NCBI RefSeq assembly: GCF_018350175.1
Contig: NC_058368.1
Location: 128,714,001 to 128,778,000 of the forward strand
Source: Felis catus
Taxonomy: Eukaryota
DNA length: 64,000 nucleotides
Direction of reading: 5' to 3'
Shown here: piece after piece, positions 50,406-63,775 of the stretch
Layout of the letters: every line of letters begins with the position of its first letter
Position numbering within the stretch: the first letter of the stretch is position 1
Program-made: the position numbers and the translations under genes
Notes under the pieces: model-generated
The model's input: the letters and a program-made list of their open reading frames with translations, nothing else
Told to the model about the DNA's origin: nothing
Databases searched by the model: none

Positions 50406-50700
50406 TCTCCATGTTCTTTCTCTCTCATTGTCTCTTTCTTAAAAAAAAAAAAAAAAAGAAAAAAGGGAGCTCCTGGGTGGCTCAACCAGTTAATAGTCTG
50501 ACGTCAGCTCTGGTCATGATCTCATGGCTCATGAGTTTGAGCCCTGCTTAGGGCTCTGTGCTGACAGTTCAGAACCTGGAGCCTGCTTCTGATTCTGTCT
50601 CCCTCTCTGTCTGCCCCTCCCCCGCTCACTCTCTGTCTCTCTCTGTCTTAAAAATAAACATTTAAAAAATTTTTAAAAAAGAATTACCATTTTAAAAATA
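49782..50700. mobile_element. Cluster of four CanSINEs: 49782-49962 (-), 49994-50215 (+), ~50232-50464 (+), ~50465-50700 (+)
   Basis: Four separate heads and tails read directly from the sequence. Confidence 0.92.
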
Positions 50701-52855
50701 AAATAAAATAATCTAAATAAAAAAATAAAAATAGAATACACTAGGTTCTGAAGACTCAGGAATTTTGATCTTCAAATTCCTGCCAGGAAGATAGGAGTAT
50801 GCACCAGTGGAAAAAATAATTTGAATTAATCTTTTATTTTGTTTCTTTTTAGTTATTAGCATATTTTACAATTTGCAATTTCCTTAAACAAGAAACAACA
50901 ATGAACACATTAATTGGTGTTTTACCTGCAGCTCTATTTTCCAAGGCAATTATTTCTCAACTTAGGTAAGATTCTATGTCTTTAATATAACTACCAATGT
51001 GAGAAAATTTTTCTGGAGTTCAGATTCTTACTGGAAAATGAGAGACTTATAAATTTGCACATATTTGTAAAATTTAAGAACATTATCTTTTACTGATAAA
51101 TGCTGCTGGCTAATTAACCCTTGGAGACCTTAGTTCAAACAGGTTATCACAATTAGCAATGAAGGTGTAAGTGTGAATCTAATTAGTCACTTGGCTTAGC
51201 CTCTTTCTCAGTTAATATCATGTTCATATGCTTTGCCTTTATAAACACATTGTATGAGAATTAATTTAAAAAAGAAAATCATAAAATATACCATATCTTC
51301 CTGACTCTGTTATTTTTTAAAGTAAGGGAGTATGTGTGTATTAAAAGATATAATAAAAGACTTGAAGGAAATGCAAATACAAAATGGTTTGGGTGGTGAA
51401 TTGATTTTCTTCTTTATGTTTTATGTATTTTATGAATTTGATACATAAAGTAAATATTTCTCTATAATCAGAAAATATTTAACTTTTAAAAAGGAAATTA
51501 AGAAGGCCAGCTCAGTGGTTTCTAGTGATCTGACAAGTGGTGCCAAAGGACACAATGAGGAAGAGCCCACCATAATACCTACCTTGGGCCTTTGGGATTG
51601 TTCCTTGACTTCCTAAATTTAATACTTGTCTCTCATGCATAATTTACCTAAAATCTTGAGGTTGTTTTATTTGCAGACTTAAGCTAACACGTGTTCTTTG
51701 TTACCACCACAAAAGTCATTTCAGGTCAACAAATATTTATAAAGTGCTGCCATGTTCTGCTTACCAGATAATTAACGTTTTTCCTTTGTTAATCTAACAA
51801 GACTGTTTTCATAAATTAACTTTTCCTCTTTCTTTCATTATCCTTTTATATACTTATTTTTTCTGTGTCTACATCTTTGAATGACTTTTGTTTCCAGTTT
51901 CTAAACATTTTTATTCAAATGTTGAGTTATGGAAGAATTTCCATTTTGGACACATTACTCTCTTATGATAGTTCTCAATTTTTATTTTTATTGTAATTAA
52001 TAAATCTTTGAACTTAAGCTTTCTCTAAATAATTAGTAATATACCCTACCTTTGACTTAGACTGTCTAGACCTGTCTAATGTAGACTATCAATCCAATAT
52101 AGTAGCCAGTAGCCACATGTGGCTATTATAATTTGAATTAACTAAAATAAATGTCTCTTTTTATTCAAAAGTCATGTGTTTTTATTTGTATTTAAATTTG
52201 AAAGACGTTAGTTTAAATAATCGATTGCTTTTCATCTTCAATGTTCATACATTGAAGACACACACCATAATAAAGTTAAGTGTTTTCTGAACTGCACAAT
52301 GGATATAAGGTGAAATGTTAAAGAGGAAAATAAAGTTTTTTGTCCTGTATTCTTTCAAACTATTTCTAGCTTTTCTACAATTATCTGTTTTAACAGTCTC
52401 TCTTCTTTAGACAGGGAAAAAGTGTTATTTTAGTGAGGACTGATAAGCATAACAGTTCAATAATTGCCTCCCCCAACAAAGTTAGGCTAATTGCATTATC
52501 TGTGGCCACCAAATTACATGATGGATTATCATAAAAACATTTAATTTCATATGTATTTGTTGAAAATAACCTCACTAATAAAATTTTCTTTCGAGTGAAT
52601 TCCAAATTCTTATTACCAGGTGGATATTTTTGCCAAGAAATTTATATTACATACTAATTTAAATGCAATAATTATAAAAGCCATAGAATATTATTATACT
52701 AGAGTATTTGTTCAGAATATTCCTTTGTGTATTGGAAAAATATTTGCATGTAATAAGTCCGATAATATAATATATTCAGTGAAGGTTAGTACATTGTATG
52801 GATTCACCTAAGAAAACATAACATTGCCTCTCACTTAAAGAAACAAAAGTATTTA

Positions 52856-53009
52856 GTGTGCCTGGGTGGCTCAGTCAGTTAAGCATCCGACTTCGGCTCG
52901 GGTCATGATCTCATGGTTTCTGAGAAAGAGCCCTGCCTTGGGCTCTGCGCTGACAGCATGGAGCCTGTTTAGTATTATTTCTGTCCCTCTCTCTCTGCCC
53001 CTCCCCTGC

Positions 53010-53056
<47 letters not shown>

Positions 53057-53088
53057 CTCTCAAAATAAACATTAAAAAAAATTTTTAA
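52856..53088 (+). mobile_element. CanSINE
   Basis: TSD aaagaaacaaaagtattta. Confidence 0.94.
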
Positions 53089-53989
53089 AAAGAAACAAAA
53101 GTATTTACAAGTAAATGATAATAGTAGAATGTAAATATTTTTGCCTATAGTACAAAAATATAACTCAGCTTTTATTCCACTTAAATTTGTGTATTAGACT
53201 TTGAAACCCTTATTTACAGATACTCTTGAGAAAAAATTCCCAGGTAGAAATGTTCCTAATCCCTGCCACATTTACAGGTATCTTAGTCTCAAAGGAAAGA
53301 GACATTCTTAAGAATTATCCACAAAAGTGTTCATCTAACCTGAATACCATGAAGCTTTTTACTGTGAGAATGAAAAGGTACCAACTGATGACTTTGAAGT
53401 GAACTCTTTTATCTAGCAAGTGGCAAAACATGCTATCCTAAACCTCAGTTTGTGTCCTTGTTAACTGATACTATTCAAGGAATTGACGATCACTATTGCT
53501 GAAGGTTGTGCCTAAATATCACTTTTTTGAAACAAATGATTAATTACTATCATAGAGAATATCCATGGAAACTAAGTTACAAGTTTTTAACTTTTTGGGT
53601 GCTCTGGCATAATAACATGCCTCCTTTTATCCTAAATTAGTATTGTCACAGATCTTCATTTTCAAAGTAGGTTAATGGTATATTTTGAAACAATCAAGAA
53701 TTCTCCAGGTAGAGTATGTAGATGCTGGCTTGAATGTCATAAAAGCAATATTGCATGTCCTTGAGCCAGAAGAATTTCCTTAAATATCATAAATAACTTG
53801 CCTGATACCCTGATGCAGTTGCCATAGTTGTCATACTGCAGTGTTCAATTAAGTCTAGCCCAAGATTTCCTGACCAGTCTGTGTGCAGCGATACCTGATT
53901 TTGATGCATTTGTTTTGGAAAAGTGGTGAATGCGATATACTTTCCCTCCTTCTGCATTACTTTTTAGTGAAGGGTCAGTTCGACAGCCT

Positions 53990-55030
53990 TTACTATTCAT
54001 TTAATCTTTTAGAAGGAACGTTATAATAATTTAGGAGTGTCTATTCTATGCTAGATGTTGGGGGTGTAGTAGAAAATATACAGATGACCCAGGGGACATT
54101 GTAGGCCTCTTGGAGCTTATACTCTAGTGGAAAAGATAGACATGTTACACATACCAAAAATGGATCATTGCAAGTTATGAAAAGAGCTCTGAAGGAATAA
54201 ACAAAGGTTCTAAGAAAAAAATGACAAGGACAGCTCTCTTTAGATGGACATTAGGGAAGCTACTCTGTGGAGGTATTATTTAGGCTGACACCTGAAGGGT
54301 AAAAAGGAAAAAGGAAGGCGAAGAGTAAGTGGCATGACACCAGAGCCAGATACCATAATAGAAAAATTGACAAATTTGACAGCATAAGAAGTTTCTACTT
54401 TTTTGTAAAAACAAAATCCTAGACAAATTTAAAAGAGAAACCAAAGACTTGGGGGGAAATTTTAAAGTATATGACAAGGATTTTTTTTTTTATTGACATG
54501 TGGGAAAACAGAATTTTAGAGATCAGTTTTCCAAATACATGGGAACCTTTTGATTCCAGTTCTGAGAAGATATCCTAAAGAATGATTGGCAAATGTGTAA
54601 AAATTTTATACAAGGATGTCTAGAGTATTGTAAACATCCATCTGTAGGGGATTAAGTGAATAGATTATGTTACCTCTGTACAATGGAATATTAGCTACTA
54701 TGCAGCCATTGAGAAGGTTAATATACGTCCATATTTTTACACAGAAAGATGTCTGGAAAATATTAAGTGAAAGGCAGTTTATGAAACAGTATGTATAGTG
54801 CATACCATTATTGTACTTTATCAATAATTATAAATATGCATTTATAAATGAGGTACATTATATTCATACTGTAAATGCATTTATATATTTAAAGAGAAGC
54901 CTATATTGATATACTCCAGACTTTTTAACAGTGGATATGAAATTATAAGACTTACCTTTTCAACTTTAGGGATTTCCCTTTAAATTTCAGTATTTGTTTC
55001 AAGATGTATTACTTTTGTAGAAAAAAGAAA
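53990..55030. mobile_element. L2 (-) fragment at ~53990-54330 followed by an old L1 (+) 3' fragment
   Basis: ggagcttatactctagtgg...agggaagctactctg (L2); caatggaatattagctactatgcagccatt (L1). Confidence 0.6.
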
Positions 55031-55035
55031 AGTAA

Positions 55036-55232
55036 AGGGCGCCTGGGTGGCTCAGTCGGTTAAGCATCTGACTCTTGATTTTGGCTCAGGTCATGATCTC
55101 ATGATCTTAGTTGTGAGATTGGGCCTGCATCAGGCTGCATGCTGGGCATGGAGCCTGGTTGGAACTCTCTCTTCCTCTTCCTCTGCCCCTCAACTGCTTG
55201 CTCTCTCTCTCCCCTCCTCCCCCCCCAAAAAA
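55036..55232 (+). mobile_element. CanSINE
   Basis: gggcgcctgggtggctcagtcggttaagc head. Confidence 0.92.
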
Positions 55233-56724
55233 GTGATTTTCATTTTGAGAAAAAAAATTGCGTTTGAAAGGAGCTAAGAAAGTTCTGTTTAATCCTTTTT
55301 GTAAATACTGTGACATTAGTTCAAGTGTCCTGTTTCTTAGGAAACCCAAAAGGGCAGGCTGATTAAATGAGAAGGATATAGAAATAGCAGGCAGTCATCT
55401 GTTTACTTATATTCAGTAGAGGTGTTATTTGTTGGTATCTCTTCCTACTAGAAGTCAAGCCTCATGAGATAAGGGACTAAGTTTTGTTCCCTGCCTTATC
55501 TAGAATAGCACCTGGCTAAGAGTAGGTGCTCAATAGTATTGAATGAATGTGTGAAAAAGTGAAAGAAGGGGCTCCAGCCTAGGTCTCTTGCAGAGAGCCT
55601 TAGGAAGCCCATTTCCTTCTTTGCTTTTGACTTCCTTTTGCCTTTGTTCATCTTTCTCAGTGATCATTTTGCTGCTCTGCCCCACCAGTTCCCATGAGAA
55701 TTCTCACCCACCTTGTTTCTTCATCTTCCTGTCTCTGTCAATGCTGGGATATCCCTGAGCCTCTCTTTTTATCCTGGCATCAAACCTAAAGGAAGCCTGA
55801 CTCCTAGGTGACCACGGATGCCCACTTGAGCTTCCTTCCATTTGCTTGCTCACCTGTTTGCCTGACCTCTAGAACTCACTCTACAACCCTAATTAATATT
55901 GTAGCCTTTTCATTTCCTCTTAGGAGAAAAGATGTTACTCTGGTGCCTCCCTTTCATTGTCCCTCCTTCCCTCAGTGTCATTTCGGTTGGTTTCATCAGC
56001 TACTACTCTGCTGGGAATTCCCCCCTGCCTGTAAGTGTTACTCACATTGCGTAAAGTGGATGTTACTGTTACTGCTGGTGTAGTGGTGGTGGTTGATGTG
56101 ACTGCTGTAATTCTAGTTGGTCACATGGTCACCTTCTTCCACCCCCTGCCACTTCCCATCCTTTCCCATGCCCATCTTCTATCTTCTATCTTCTCCCATC
56201 CTGTAATGGGAGGGGAAGTGCTTGGACTCACTGTCTTTGGAGTTGGGAGGAGTGGAGTCCTGAGTTCCATTTGAAGTTACTGAGGGTCACTTACCCATCT
56301 GCCTACCCACAGTACCTATATCTCTTTGGGGAGGCAGCACCAGCAGGTCCCTCTAAGATGCCAGCAGCCTGTTTTCAAATTTTATTCAGTCAGAGATGCT
56401 ATGGATGATGTATTATGATTCTACCACGTATTTTTTTTATTGCATATATGTTACACTGTGGTTCATTGTTATCCTAGGAAGGGAATATAAATATAACTTT
56501 TTTCTCTGGGAAAAAATGGCTGAAGTCCAAAATAACTGACCGATTATTAAACTTTCTTACCTTGATGCCTTCCAAGGTTAGGAATTTTGCATTTGGGTAG
56601 TGATAAATATTTTAAGTCAGATACTTACTGGTTGACAAATAAAAGGTACACAAAGAAAAATGATTTTTTCTTAACTTTCAAAAGGACAAACAATCATCTA
56701 TGCTAATTAGTTTTATTTTTTTCT

Positions 56725-56771
56725 TTCATTCATTCATTCATTCATTCATTCATTCATTCATTCATTCATTC
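56725..56771 (+). repeat. (TTCA)n tetranucleotide repeat
   Basis: Read directly; probably derived from an L2 tail. Confidence 0.95.
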
Positions 56772-58108
56772 GCCTGTTTAATGTGGCCACTCAAGGCCTG
56801 GGCGGAGTGGAGAGTGCCCTGGAATTGGGCAGACAGGCAAGGTTTCAGGCCCAGTTGCAGGCCCAGGGGAGGATGACAGGTGGTGAGGGCTGCCCCAAGC
56901 ACATGCAGGAGAGTATCAGAAGGGTGGCTGGGGCAGGCACAGAGCCAAATCTATTCATTCCACAAATATATATTGAGCATCTGTTACGTGCTAGGCATTG
57001 TTCTGGGTACTGAGTGTGGGGGAGGTTGAAAGGGTAGTCAAAAACCCTTGCCCTTATAGACAGCAAAATATATATGCATATGCCCTCTGCCTTAGCAATC
57101 TGACTTCTAGAAATCTACTCAGAATTATCTGGTGAAATAAGTAATTTATCATAATTCACAGAGCTATTTGTAATAGCAGTAATAAATATGGCATGTTGAA
57201 AGACTAGAAACCCAAATGCCTATTAATAAGCCATTATATGCCACACAATGAAGACTGTCTGCTCAACACACTCTCTGTAGCTGGGAAGCAAGTCTTGTCT
57301 TGAAGTGGGAACTGATCAGAGTATCTCTATCATATGTGCCATGAGCAAGTTCGGGTTTTGTTCAAAGGACCCATTAATGTGCTGTAGCAGGAAGTGGCAT
57401 GAAATATTGGTGGTTGCTATGTGCACACTGAATCATAGAGGACGAAGGGGACCTATTAGGAGATCGTGGTCTAGGCAAGAAATGCTGTTGACAAGGAAGA
57501 TGAAGAGAACTGCACAACTCAAGATACACTTTGGGGAAAGAATTGGTAAGATTTAGTGCCAGGTGGAGGTAAAAGGTAAGGGGAACATAGGAAAAGTTTT
57601 GCTAAATGTACACAATTGTGTAAGGAGGCTGATTCAGCTGCTGCTGACTCAAGTGCTGCTTCCCACCATGAGTGCTGCTTTCCCATCCCTGCAGCCTCTT
57701 TGTCCTCCCCAGATTGTGCCCACCGGTGTACATTTGGTATGTCAGGGAGGCGTAGTTCACTCTCAGGACTGCCAATTAGCTGGATGCGCCTCTTTGTATA
57801 TGTGCAGTGGGGTGTCACCTTGGAGTCTGTCCATGTCTTAGCATGTGCAGAAACGGAACAGGATGAGGCCTAATTGAGCTGGGCCAGAAGTCAAGGCAAC
57901 ACTGTGTTGGGCAGCACTATACTGCGCCCAGCTGTATGCAGAGCCCTGTGTGGGGCTCCTGAAAATTGTGTAGGGCAGGAATGAGTAGTGGGAAGAATGT
58001 GGTAGAGGCAGACACTTCTGACTCAAGCGTAGGCCAGTTGTGTGGCCCTGAGCTAGTGCTCTGAGCCTCACTGGTCTTAGGTGTATTTAATTTAAAATGT
58101 CCACTAGA

Positions 58109-58327
58109 GGGGCGCCTGGGTGGCGCAGTCGGTTAAGCGTCCGACTTCAGCCAGGTCATGATCTCGCGGTCTGTGAGTTCGAGCCCCGCGTCAGGCTCTG
58201 GGCTGATGGCTCAGAGCCTGGAGCCTGTTTCCGATTCTGTGTCTCCCTCTCTCTCTGCCCCTCCCCCGTTCATGCTCTGTCTCTCTCTGTCCCAAAAATA
58301 AATAAACGTTGAAAAAAAATTAAAAAA
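58109..58327 (+). mobile_element. Young SINEC_Fc-type SINE
   Basis: Perfect TSD aaaatgtccactaga (58094-58108 and 58328-58342). Confidence 0.97.
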
Positions 58328-58589
58328 AAAATGTCCACTAGACATCCAAATGAAGACATCAGTTAAATAATTGGATAGTCTATAATGCTGGAGGTTGGAA
58401 AGTAGTCAGGCCTAGAAGTATACATTTGAGATTTTTCAGCTTATATAGGCAGTATTTAAACTGATCAGATTGGAAAAGATTACTTAGGCAGAAGAGTATA
58501 GAAAAAGGGGTGAACCTAGAATTGAGTCCTGACGCCCTTCTGTATTGGGAGGTTTAGGTGAGAAGGAGCTAACACTTTGATACACGATA

Positions 58590-59685
58590 TTTGGGTATTT
58601 TACAGACATCTCAAAGCCAGTGTGTCTAAAACAGAATTCCTCTTCTTCTCTCTTTGCTCCCACAGTTAATGGCATTTTCCGTCATCACTGTGTCGTCGTC
58701 AGAGACTGGAGTCTGGTTCACTTCCAGACTAGTTCACCTGGTCTGGTTCACCTCCACATCCTTGGTGACCAAGACCTTTCTCATTCTGAATATTTTAATA
58801 ATCGATCTTTTCTTCTCCATCTGACTACCCTTGTCTTGGTTCCTGCCATAATGACTTTTCAGTTGCCTTTCTGCAGTAACATCCTATCTGATTTCTCTAT
58901 TCCCATCTTGCCTCCCTCCAGTCTATTTTTTACAATTGCCAAAGTCATTTTTTTTAATATGGTATAAACATGTAAGTCTCCAGCTATCGTTGCCAGATTT
59001 TGCAAATAAAAATACAGGCCCCTCATGAAATTTCAGTTTCAAGCAAACAATGAATAATTATAGGGGTAAGTATATCCCATGCAATATTTAAGAATTATGT
59101 ATACAAAAAAATTATTTATTGTTTATTTGAATTTCAGATTAACTGAGCATTTTCCTCTCGTATCTGGAAATCCTACTCTTGTTTCACAGTCAAAATATTT
59201 CACCATGGCTTTCAGGATAAAAGCTAAATGTCCCAATATTGCGTTATAAGAGTCAGAATATTCTCACTCCTGCATGCCATATGAACTGTTTGCAGTGTTC
59301 TGAATTGGCTGCATTGCTTCATTCCTCTATACCTCTGACAATGTACTTAGCTCTTCCCAGCATGCCTCCTCTCTTCTCAGTTCTCTGGCTCACTCCTGTT
59401 GTTAAGACTCACACATCACGCCCTCTGGGAAGTCATTTCTAACCCCCTCCTCCTCACTCTGTGGATACTGACAGGAACACCAGCTTTCTTTTTGCAGTCC
59501 CATAACAGTCGTTGCTTAATATTATCACGGAATTTATCATATTATAATTTAATTAATTTTTAACCTCTCTTCCTTAGATTGTGAGTTCCTTGAGTTTGGG
59601 CTAACAGTTGTGTCTTCTAACTCTGTCCTCCGCACAGAGTGGGCTCTCAATATCTAAATGAAACCAGCAAACGAGTGAATGAGGA
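58590..59685 (+). mobile_element. L2 fragment
   Basis: acagacatctcaaa...gtctaaaacagaa and tagattgtgagttccttgag. Confidence 0.7.
58985..59175. mobile_element. MER53-like palindromic MITE
   Basis: gttgccagattttgcaaataaaaatacagg...taagtatatcccatgcaatattt...tatctggaaatccta resembles the recalled MER53 consensus. Confidence 0.8.
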
Positions 59686-62600
59686 CATAGGAAAGAACCC
59701 GTAAGCGTTAGCCACAAAATTGACCATTGGTGTTCCCTATCTTGACTCCTGCATAAGCCAGCAGCTTCCTTTGTATATCTTCCTCTCTCAACCCTCAAGT
59801 AAGCTCCTTAAGAGTAGAAGCCAGGTTTTGTTCTCTGTAACCCCAGGCCCTTGAATTATAGGTGTTCATATATATTTATTGAGTGAAAGAAAGAATGAAA
59901 AACAGCTGAATGAATGATGTATCTTGCAGGGCCACAGGTTTATTGTCCCTTGCATCAAAGGACAGTACCTCTGCATTAGGTCCTGGGGAAGGTAACCTCC
60001 CTCCATGGTTATCACATGTTTGATTCTGTAGTGCAGACCATAAAGGTGGAGCTGCGGGCTTCTCTAACTCTCTCTTTCTCAGCTCCTTTCCTTCCCTCCC
60101 TCAACCTAGGAGAGAACTCTTTTCTCCCTACAGCAGCCAGCGTATAACAGCTCAATACGTGTTAGCAATCGTTCACAGATGGAGCCTCCTCTTTTCTCCT
60201 GGGCTCCAGCCTCTGCCATTTTTCTCCCACGCTAGGAGCCTAGGCCTGAAAAGCCCTGGAGACCTGACATTGCTTCTCTCTCAGGGATAATGGGCTTCCC
60301 CTCTTCTCACACAAGGGAGCAAGGTTTTCTTTGTCTCCCACCAGGGCAGTGCAATTAAATAGGACTAAAGTTAAGGGACTCTAATTATTTTTTTTATTAA
60401 TGTTTAACTGCTAAATTTCTTTTTCAGTTAAGTAATTGTATCTGTATGCTCAAAGGTCTTTTTTTCCATAGCAATGAAAATTCATTTATTTTATTAAAAC
60501 AATACCACCTGCAAAACTATTAATGACGAGCTCTGTGATTAGTTCATTCTAGTAACATTTTGAGATTTAATAACTAATCTGGCTCAAGCTCAAAGACAGA
60601 AAACTCAATGCCAGAAATTCCCAGCCAGCAAGGAATATAAACAAATCTTGCAATTGTCCTCTCAAATAACAAGAATCATTGAGATCCACTTCTTGCAATT
60701 AGAAATGTTTTTTAAAAACGCAGGAGAAAAGTTCAAGAAAGCATGTCAAAACAACACAACTCAGTCTGCATTTTCATTATTGTAATTGATCAAAGTCTGT
60801 TTGCAATAGATTTGAATGTGAATAAATTAAATGTGACATTGATTTGGCAGAGGCACACTAGTGATTGGCAAGAACACATAACACGAGCAGCTTCTGCTGC
60901 AGGAGAACTTGCTTGGTTGTTGTTTCATTTGAATAGATTTCTTAGCAATGTGGTGCTATCATACTAACCTAAGCTTTGTCATCTATTTACCCTTTTGGTT
61001 TCTGATCCCATCCAGCCAAGAACCAATCATTTTTTATTACTAATCTAAATGCCTTGGGTCTGAATACAGAGTACCTTTTGGTGACCTATGTACCTCCCTG
61101 CTTTTTTTCTCTTCTCTCTTTTATATATTGAAAAGGGGTGATCTAATAAGTTATTATTTCATCCTGGCAGTTCAACTTGTAGAACTAGAAAATGTAGTTT
61201 AAATCAACAATCTAGCAATATTTTCAAGCTTAGACATTGCTATTGCATTTGTTAGGTCTGAATTATAAGTATGTTACAAAAATGATGCTGTAAAAAGGAT
61301 ATTCAGCTTAGAACATTTTGAAATAGTTGTACGCCAAATTCCTGTTATAATTATGTTGATTGTGAGGAGGGGGAAGTAGCATATTCTGGAAGGCTACTTT
61401 CTGGATGAGACCATTTTATAGGAATCAAATGTGTAAGATTTGGGGACCTGGAACATACTGTCTGCCAGATTTTCACTTACAGCGTATTTACTAAATCTTT
61501 TGTCTTCTTCAAAATATTTTTCTAAGGCTGACTCAAAGGCAATATACTCATACTTTTAAAGTTTTAATATTCATTCATCTAAAAAATACTTAGTATGTAT
61601 AGTTTCAAGTATGGAAAGAAATTAATGGAGCTGTCAAAGTCAAATGTATTTATATTATATATAGCACATGTGTGGCAAGAGTTGAAAAAAATGTAGGGAT
61701 TGGGGAGATGTAGTTAGCAATTTAAATATTTTAGAAAGTTGATCTCTTTCTAAGACCAAAACTTACATTCAATGTTTATCTTATGTGCACTTTGAAAAGT
61801 ATATGCCTAGATCCAGTAGTTATTAAAGTTATATTTACATTAAGCTTTTTGCCACAAATATATTACTAATTTACAATTTCAAATTAACACTTTTAAAGAC
61901 TTTAATTTCCTTTTTTGGTATGTAACATGATCATTATGAAATAGCCATGCTTTTATTCCCACAGAAGACTTAAAAAAAAATCTAGTTACATGGCCAGTTT
62001 TATCATTATCTGTAAGACTGACTCCTGTGTCTTTGCTTGCTCTTGAATAGAACAAACCTTCTAAGAACTGTTTCATTTACTTTAAACTGTATTTAGATTT
62101 CATCTTGAGATGGGTTTTGTGCTTCAGTTTGAACATAGTTATATATGGTGTACTTGGAATTCACAAGTACTTGAAACCAAATGGAGACCATTTATAAATG
62201 ATAAACTCCAGAGAAGCGTGGAACCAGAGCATCAAAGAAGAAATGGGTTATAATAGGTATATATGTATTGTGCCTGCCTTTTTTCCTAGCTGGATTCATA
62301 GCACTTTTAAAATAAACATTATATTTCCCTAATAAAAGACTTACCATTAGCTCTATTCCATTTCCAGATCCATCTATATGAAACTTATCAAATAATTTTG
62401 AAATCTATTATCATGGAATTTTATATTTAACATGCATATGACACCATCAGCATTGTATATATATTTAGAGAGTTTTACTAAAGCACTCCTTTATAGAAGA
62501 ATTCTCAGTTGAAATAGGGCTAGGGGATTAGATCTCGAATTATATCATTCACTTTTATTCATACATATGGCACCTACAAAGGAATTTAAAAATACAAGTG

Positions 62601-63574
62601 ATATTTTTATACATCTTAAATTAGTAGTAATGGGTAATTTGTACCTTGCTTACTAGGTATATGTGTAAAAACAGGTCGCACTCCTAAGATGTTTTTGAAT
62701 GTATGTTCAGATCTGTATCCACATATTCAATTCCATTTAATAATGTAGACTCAGAATTGTTTATTTCCACACCTCTGGTCCAAGTGTGGACCCAGAGATG
62801 CAGAATGATGTAGATATCTGAAAAATCTTTGGGTAACCTTTTTTTAGCTCACTTGGATATTTCTCAGCCCTTCTTTCCCCAGTACTTGTTGAATAACCTA
62901 AACTTTCTTGTAGCCAGGATAACTTCATCAGGGATCACCTATGGTCAGCTCTCTCCCTTCTCTCAGATACAAGAGTGCAATTGCAGGGTTCAAGTTGACA
63001 TTGCGGTTTCCTTAATCTCTCCCAAGGCATCATCACAGAGGCCTCTAGTCCTAGCCTGCCATTTATTTTACCTCGTTTTTATATCCAATATGCCATTCTG
63101 TTACCTAACACTTCCCACAGGTATAATTGTATATTAAAGCTGATTTCTTCACTATCTTGGAAAATTCATGTATACTAGAATTTGCCTAAGACACTGTATG
63201 ATTGGAGTGGGATTATATCCTGGGTATGGTTTATGAGTGAACTGTAAGTCACCTTGTTAGTAGATTGCCTTGTCAAGTTTTTTGTCTGTATCTTATTAAT
63301 TAAAAGAAATTTTCAGTCTTTTTTCATTACCACACTTAGCAATTTGCAATACTGAGTACAGTAGTCCAGCTCACAAAAGAGCTCTTAAGCAGAGTTTAGC
63401 AAAGAAGTGACACTGAAAAGGGCTTCAACTACATCCTTTCTGGGCTTGAGTTCACATCACCTAATTAATGAATGGTATGCAATTAATAACCATTAACTTG
63501 ACTATGCTACAAAAACAGGGATGAGCTTTTTAAAGGCATCCAGAGCCTTTCCTTTTTCTTTTTTTAAAAGTACA

Positions 63575-63775
63575 CATTTTTTTTAATATTTATTTTTGAG
63601 AGAGAGAGACAGCACAAGCAAGGGATGGGCAGAGAGTGAGAGTGGGGATACAGTATCTAAAGTGGGCTCTGCACTGACAGCCACAAGCCTGATGCAGGGC
63701 TCAAACTCATGAACTGTACGATCATGACCTGAGCCGAACTTGGACGCTCAACCAACTGAGCCACCCAGGCACCCC
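63575..63775 (-). mobile_element. CanSINE
   Basis: Flanking duplication agcctttccttttt. Confidence 0.92.

Noticed and set aside
57600..57950. GC-richer segment with several overlapping ORFs
   Set aside because: No splice or homology support. It ends in ...gcagagccctg like a hAT-type terminus, so it is probably an old DNA-transposon remnant, but I cannot name the family.
58101..58116. CTCF-like ccactagaggggcgcc created at a SINE junction (also ccactaggggcgc at 48784)
   Set aside because: Spacing is off by one G relative to the CCACYAGRKGGCR core in both cases.
1801..58312. Recurrent ORFs of the MAQSV(K/E)..., ...WDRERQSMNGGGAEREGDTESETGSRL and GAPGWRSRLSVRLQPGHDL types
   Set aside because: They are translations of CanSINE bodies on either strand, not a gene family.
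59885..59910. aaagaatgaaaaacag resembling the start of the last NDUFAF2 exon (KNEK)
   Set aside because: No acceptor and no continuing homology; the context is an L2 tail.
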